Positions 62,961 through 64,000 of a stretch of DNA of 64,000 nt are shown in pieces. Both the position numbers and the translations under genes were made by a program. The stretch comes from an uncultured Gemmatimonadales bacterium (GTDB lineage: Bacteria; Gemmatimonadota; Gemmatimonadetes; Longimicrobiales; RSA9): assembly GCA_963708135.1 (NCBI GenBank), contig OY970192.1:4704001-4768000 (forward strand). Reading direction: 5' to 3'. How positions within the stretch are numbered: the stretch's first letter is position 1; each line of letters starts with the position of its first letter. The notes under the pieces are model-generated. The model saw nothing but the letters and a program-made list of their open reading frames with translations, did not search any database and was not told the DNA's origin.

Positions 62961-64000
62961 CCATTACGAAGCCGTGGGCCGCCAAGGGCGTCGCGCTCTA
63001 TCCGCCCTCCTTCTCCATGGTCGGCCAGAACCAGGTGTTCAACGCCCTCCACCAGTTCCGCCGGTCCTTCTGGGACGGCGCAGCCAATGACATCGCGGGC
63101 TTCTTCATCGCGTTCGGCGACTGGGGTCTGGGCAAGACGCGGCTTGGCTACGAGCTCATCGCGGAAGCGACGGGTACCGTCGACCGGTGGCTGCTCAATA
63201 AGAACGAGTACGTCATCCCGCCGTTCCATCAGCCCGATAAGAAGCCGCGCGTGCTCGAGCCGGCGCTGCAGGATGGGGTCCTGCCGCTTTACATCCGCTA
63301 CAGCACCGTGTGCGACGACGCGCTCGACGCTGCGACGTGGGTGGCTCGCCTGGCGGTCGAGGCCCTGCGGCACACGTTGCACGCCGACCCCGCCGCTGGC
63401 GGGCCGCGGGACCTGTACGAGGATCTCAAGGCCGCCATGCAGGCCAAGGGCGTCAACCTGAAGGCGCTCTCCCTCGTCAACGACGACACTCGGTCGTTCG
63501 AGGACCGGCTCCGCGACGCGAAGAAGGTCTTGCGAGATGCTGGGCTGAACCACCTCTGGATCATCGTCGACGAGGTCGAGACTCCCGGTGACCTGAAGCG
63601 GGGCCTTCGCGAGGACACGCAGACCAAGGTCAACGACGAGTACCTCCTGATGGTCTCGGAGGTCATCAAGCATGAGAACTGGAGGAACCAGCATCCGGAC
63701 GTGAACTTCCTTCTGCTGTGCAGCGTGGGCATGCGCGACCAGATCCACATCGGTCCGAACCTGCGCCGCGCGAGCTCGGTGACGATCGAGCCGAACCAGC
63801 TGACCGACGTGCAGAGCTACGTCGATCACATCAAGGGCAGCCTGGTCAACCCGCACGCCGTCGAGTACCCGGTGGGTACGCTCGAGGGCGCCTTCCTCTC
63901 GGCCAACCGGAACTTCGGCTGGCTGAACGTGATCATGGCGTCCATTCACGAGACGCACGCACGACATCTCGAGCGCGGAGACGGCTCGAGCGCGTGGGAG
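62957..64000 (+). CDS. P-loop ATPase (3' end outside window)
   Basis: Hand-translated MTITKPWAAKG...; Walker A GDWGLGKT and Walker B WIIVDEVE; frame open to the window end, so it is absent from the ORF track. Confidence 0.85.
   Translation, partial: MTITKPWAAKGVALYPPSFSMVGQNQVFNALHQFRRSFWDGAANDIAGFFIAFGDWGLGKTRLGYELIAEATGTVDRWLLNKNEYVIPPFHQPDKKPRVLEPALQDGVLPLYIRYSTVCDDALDAATWVARLAVEALRHTLHADPAAGGPRDLYEDLKAAMQAKGVNLKALSLVNDDTRSFEDRLRDAKKVLRDAGLNHLWIIVDEVETPGDLKRGLREDTQTKVNDEYLLMVSEVIKHENWRNQHPDVNFLLLCSVGMRDQIHIGPNLRRASSVTIEPNQLTDVQSYVDHIKGSLVNPHAVEYPVGTLEGAFLSANRNFGWLNVIMASIHETHARHLERGDGSSAWE

Larger units (their letters stand above)
36211..64000. mobile_element. Integrated genomic island/integrative element (left junction approximate, right end beyond window)
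   Basis: Codon usage shifts to more A/T-ending codons at ~36211 inside queG; adjacent large serine recombinase; Xis-like, tyrosine recombinase, helicase, KfrA-like, IS4 and restriction-modification-like cargo. Confidence 0.8.

Noticed and set aside
50168..64000. Calling the operon a canonical Type I R-M, BREX or Wadjet system
   Set aside because: No HsdR helicase motifs, PglZ phosphatase or SMC coiled-coil ATPase are visible in the window; they could lie beyond 64000, so the operon is left unassigned.
36211..64000. Prophage
   Set aside because: No terminase, portal, capsid, tail or lysis genes are recognised in the window.
1..64000. tRNA/rRNA/tmRNA genes, including as the island integration site
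   Set aside because: No cloverleaf or rRNA-like sequence was recognised by eye; a tRNAscan-SE/Infernal run would be needed to exclude them formally.

Overview
High-GC bacterial chromosome segment. GWxTD proteins, futalosine-pathway MqnD and the intergenic repeat style suggest Gemmatimonadota (inference). Positions 1-~36210 are mostly housekeeping genes: GWxTD pair, alpha-oxoamine synthase with a Zn-dehydrogenase, GMC oxidoreductase pair, ftsH, DHH, HIT, E1-alpha, Nudix, QueE-like, proline dehydrogenase, MazG-like, GT2, mqnD and queG. Interspersed are (i) a six-copy ~250-bp structured tandem array plus dispersed GAGTGGG/CCCACTC-bounded relatives, (ii) a complete IS110 element whose left end has a readable bridge-RNA-like structure with guides matching its own target and donor, and (iii) a lasso-peptide cluster (B1-B2-C plus a 46-aa precursor missed by the ORF track) behind a two-component system and an 11-bp-periodic operator. 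From ~36211 to the window end is an integrated element that appears to have inserted into queG and supplied a new 3' end. It carries a large serine recombinase, a ClpX-like ATPase, a Xis-like protein, a tyrosine recombinase plus a scrambled dead paralog, xseAB, a RepA-like helicase with a 24-bp perfect palindrome, a KfrA-like gene hit by an IS4, and a tightly coupled operon of at least 11 genes that looks like a defence system. That operon runs dead MTase, HsdS, HTH, active N6-MTase, HsdS, RuvC-like, Ser/Thr kinase, two paralogous unknown proteins (one fused to Mrr_N/EVE domains), an unknown protein and a P-loop ATPase, and continues past the window. No rRNA, tRNA or CRISPR array was recognised. 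All calls are by-eye motif recognition; no database searches were run.
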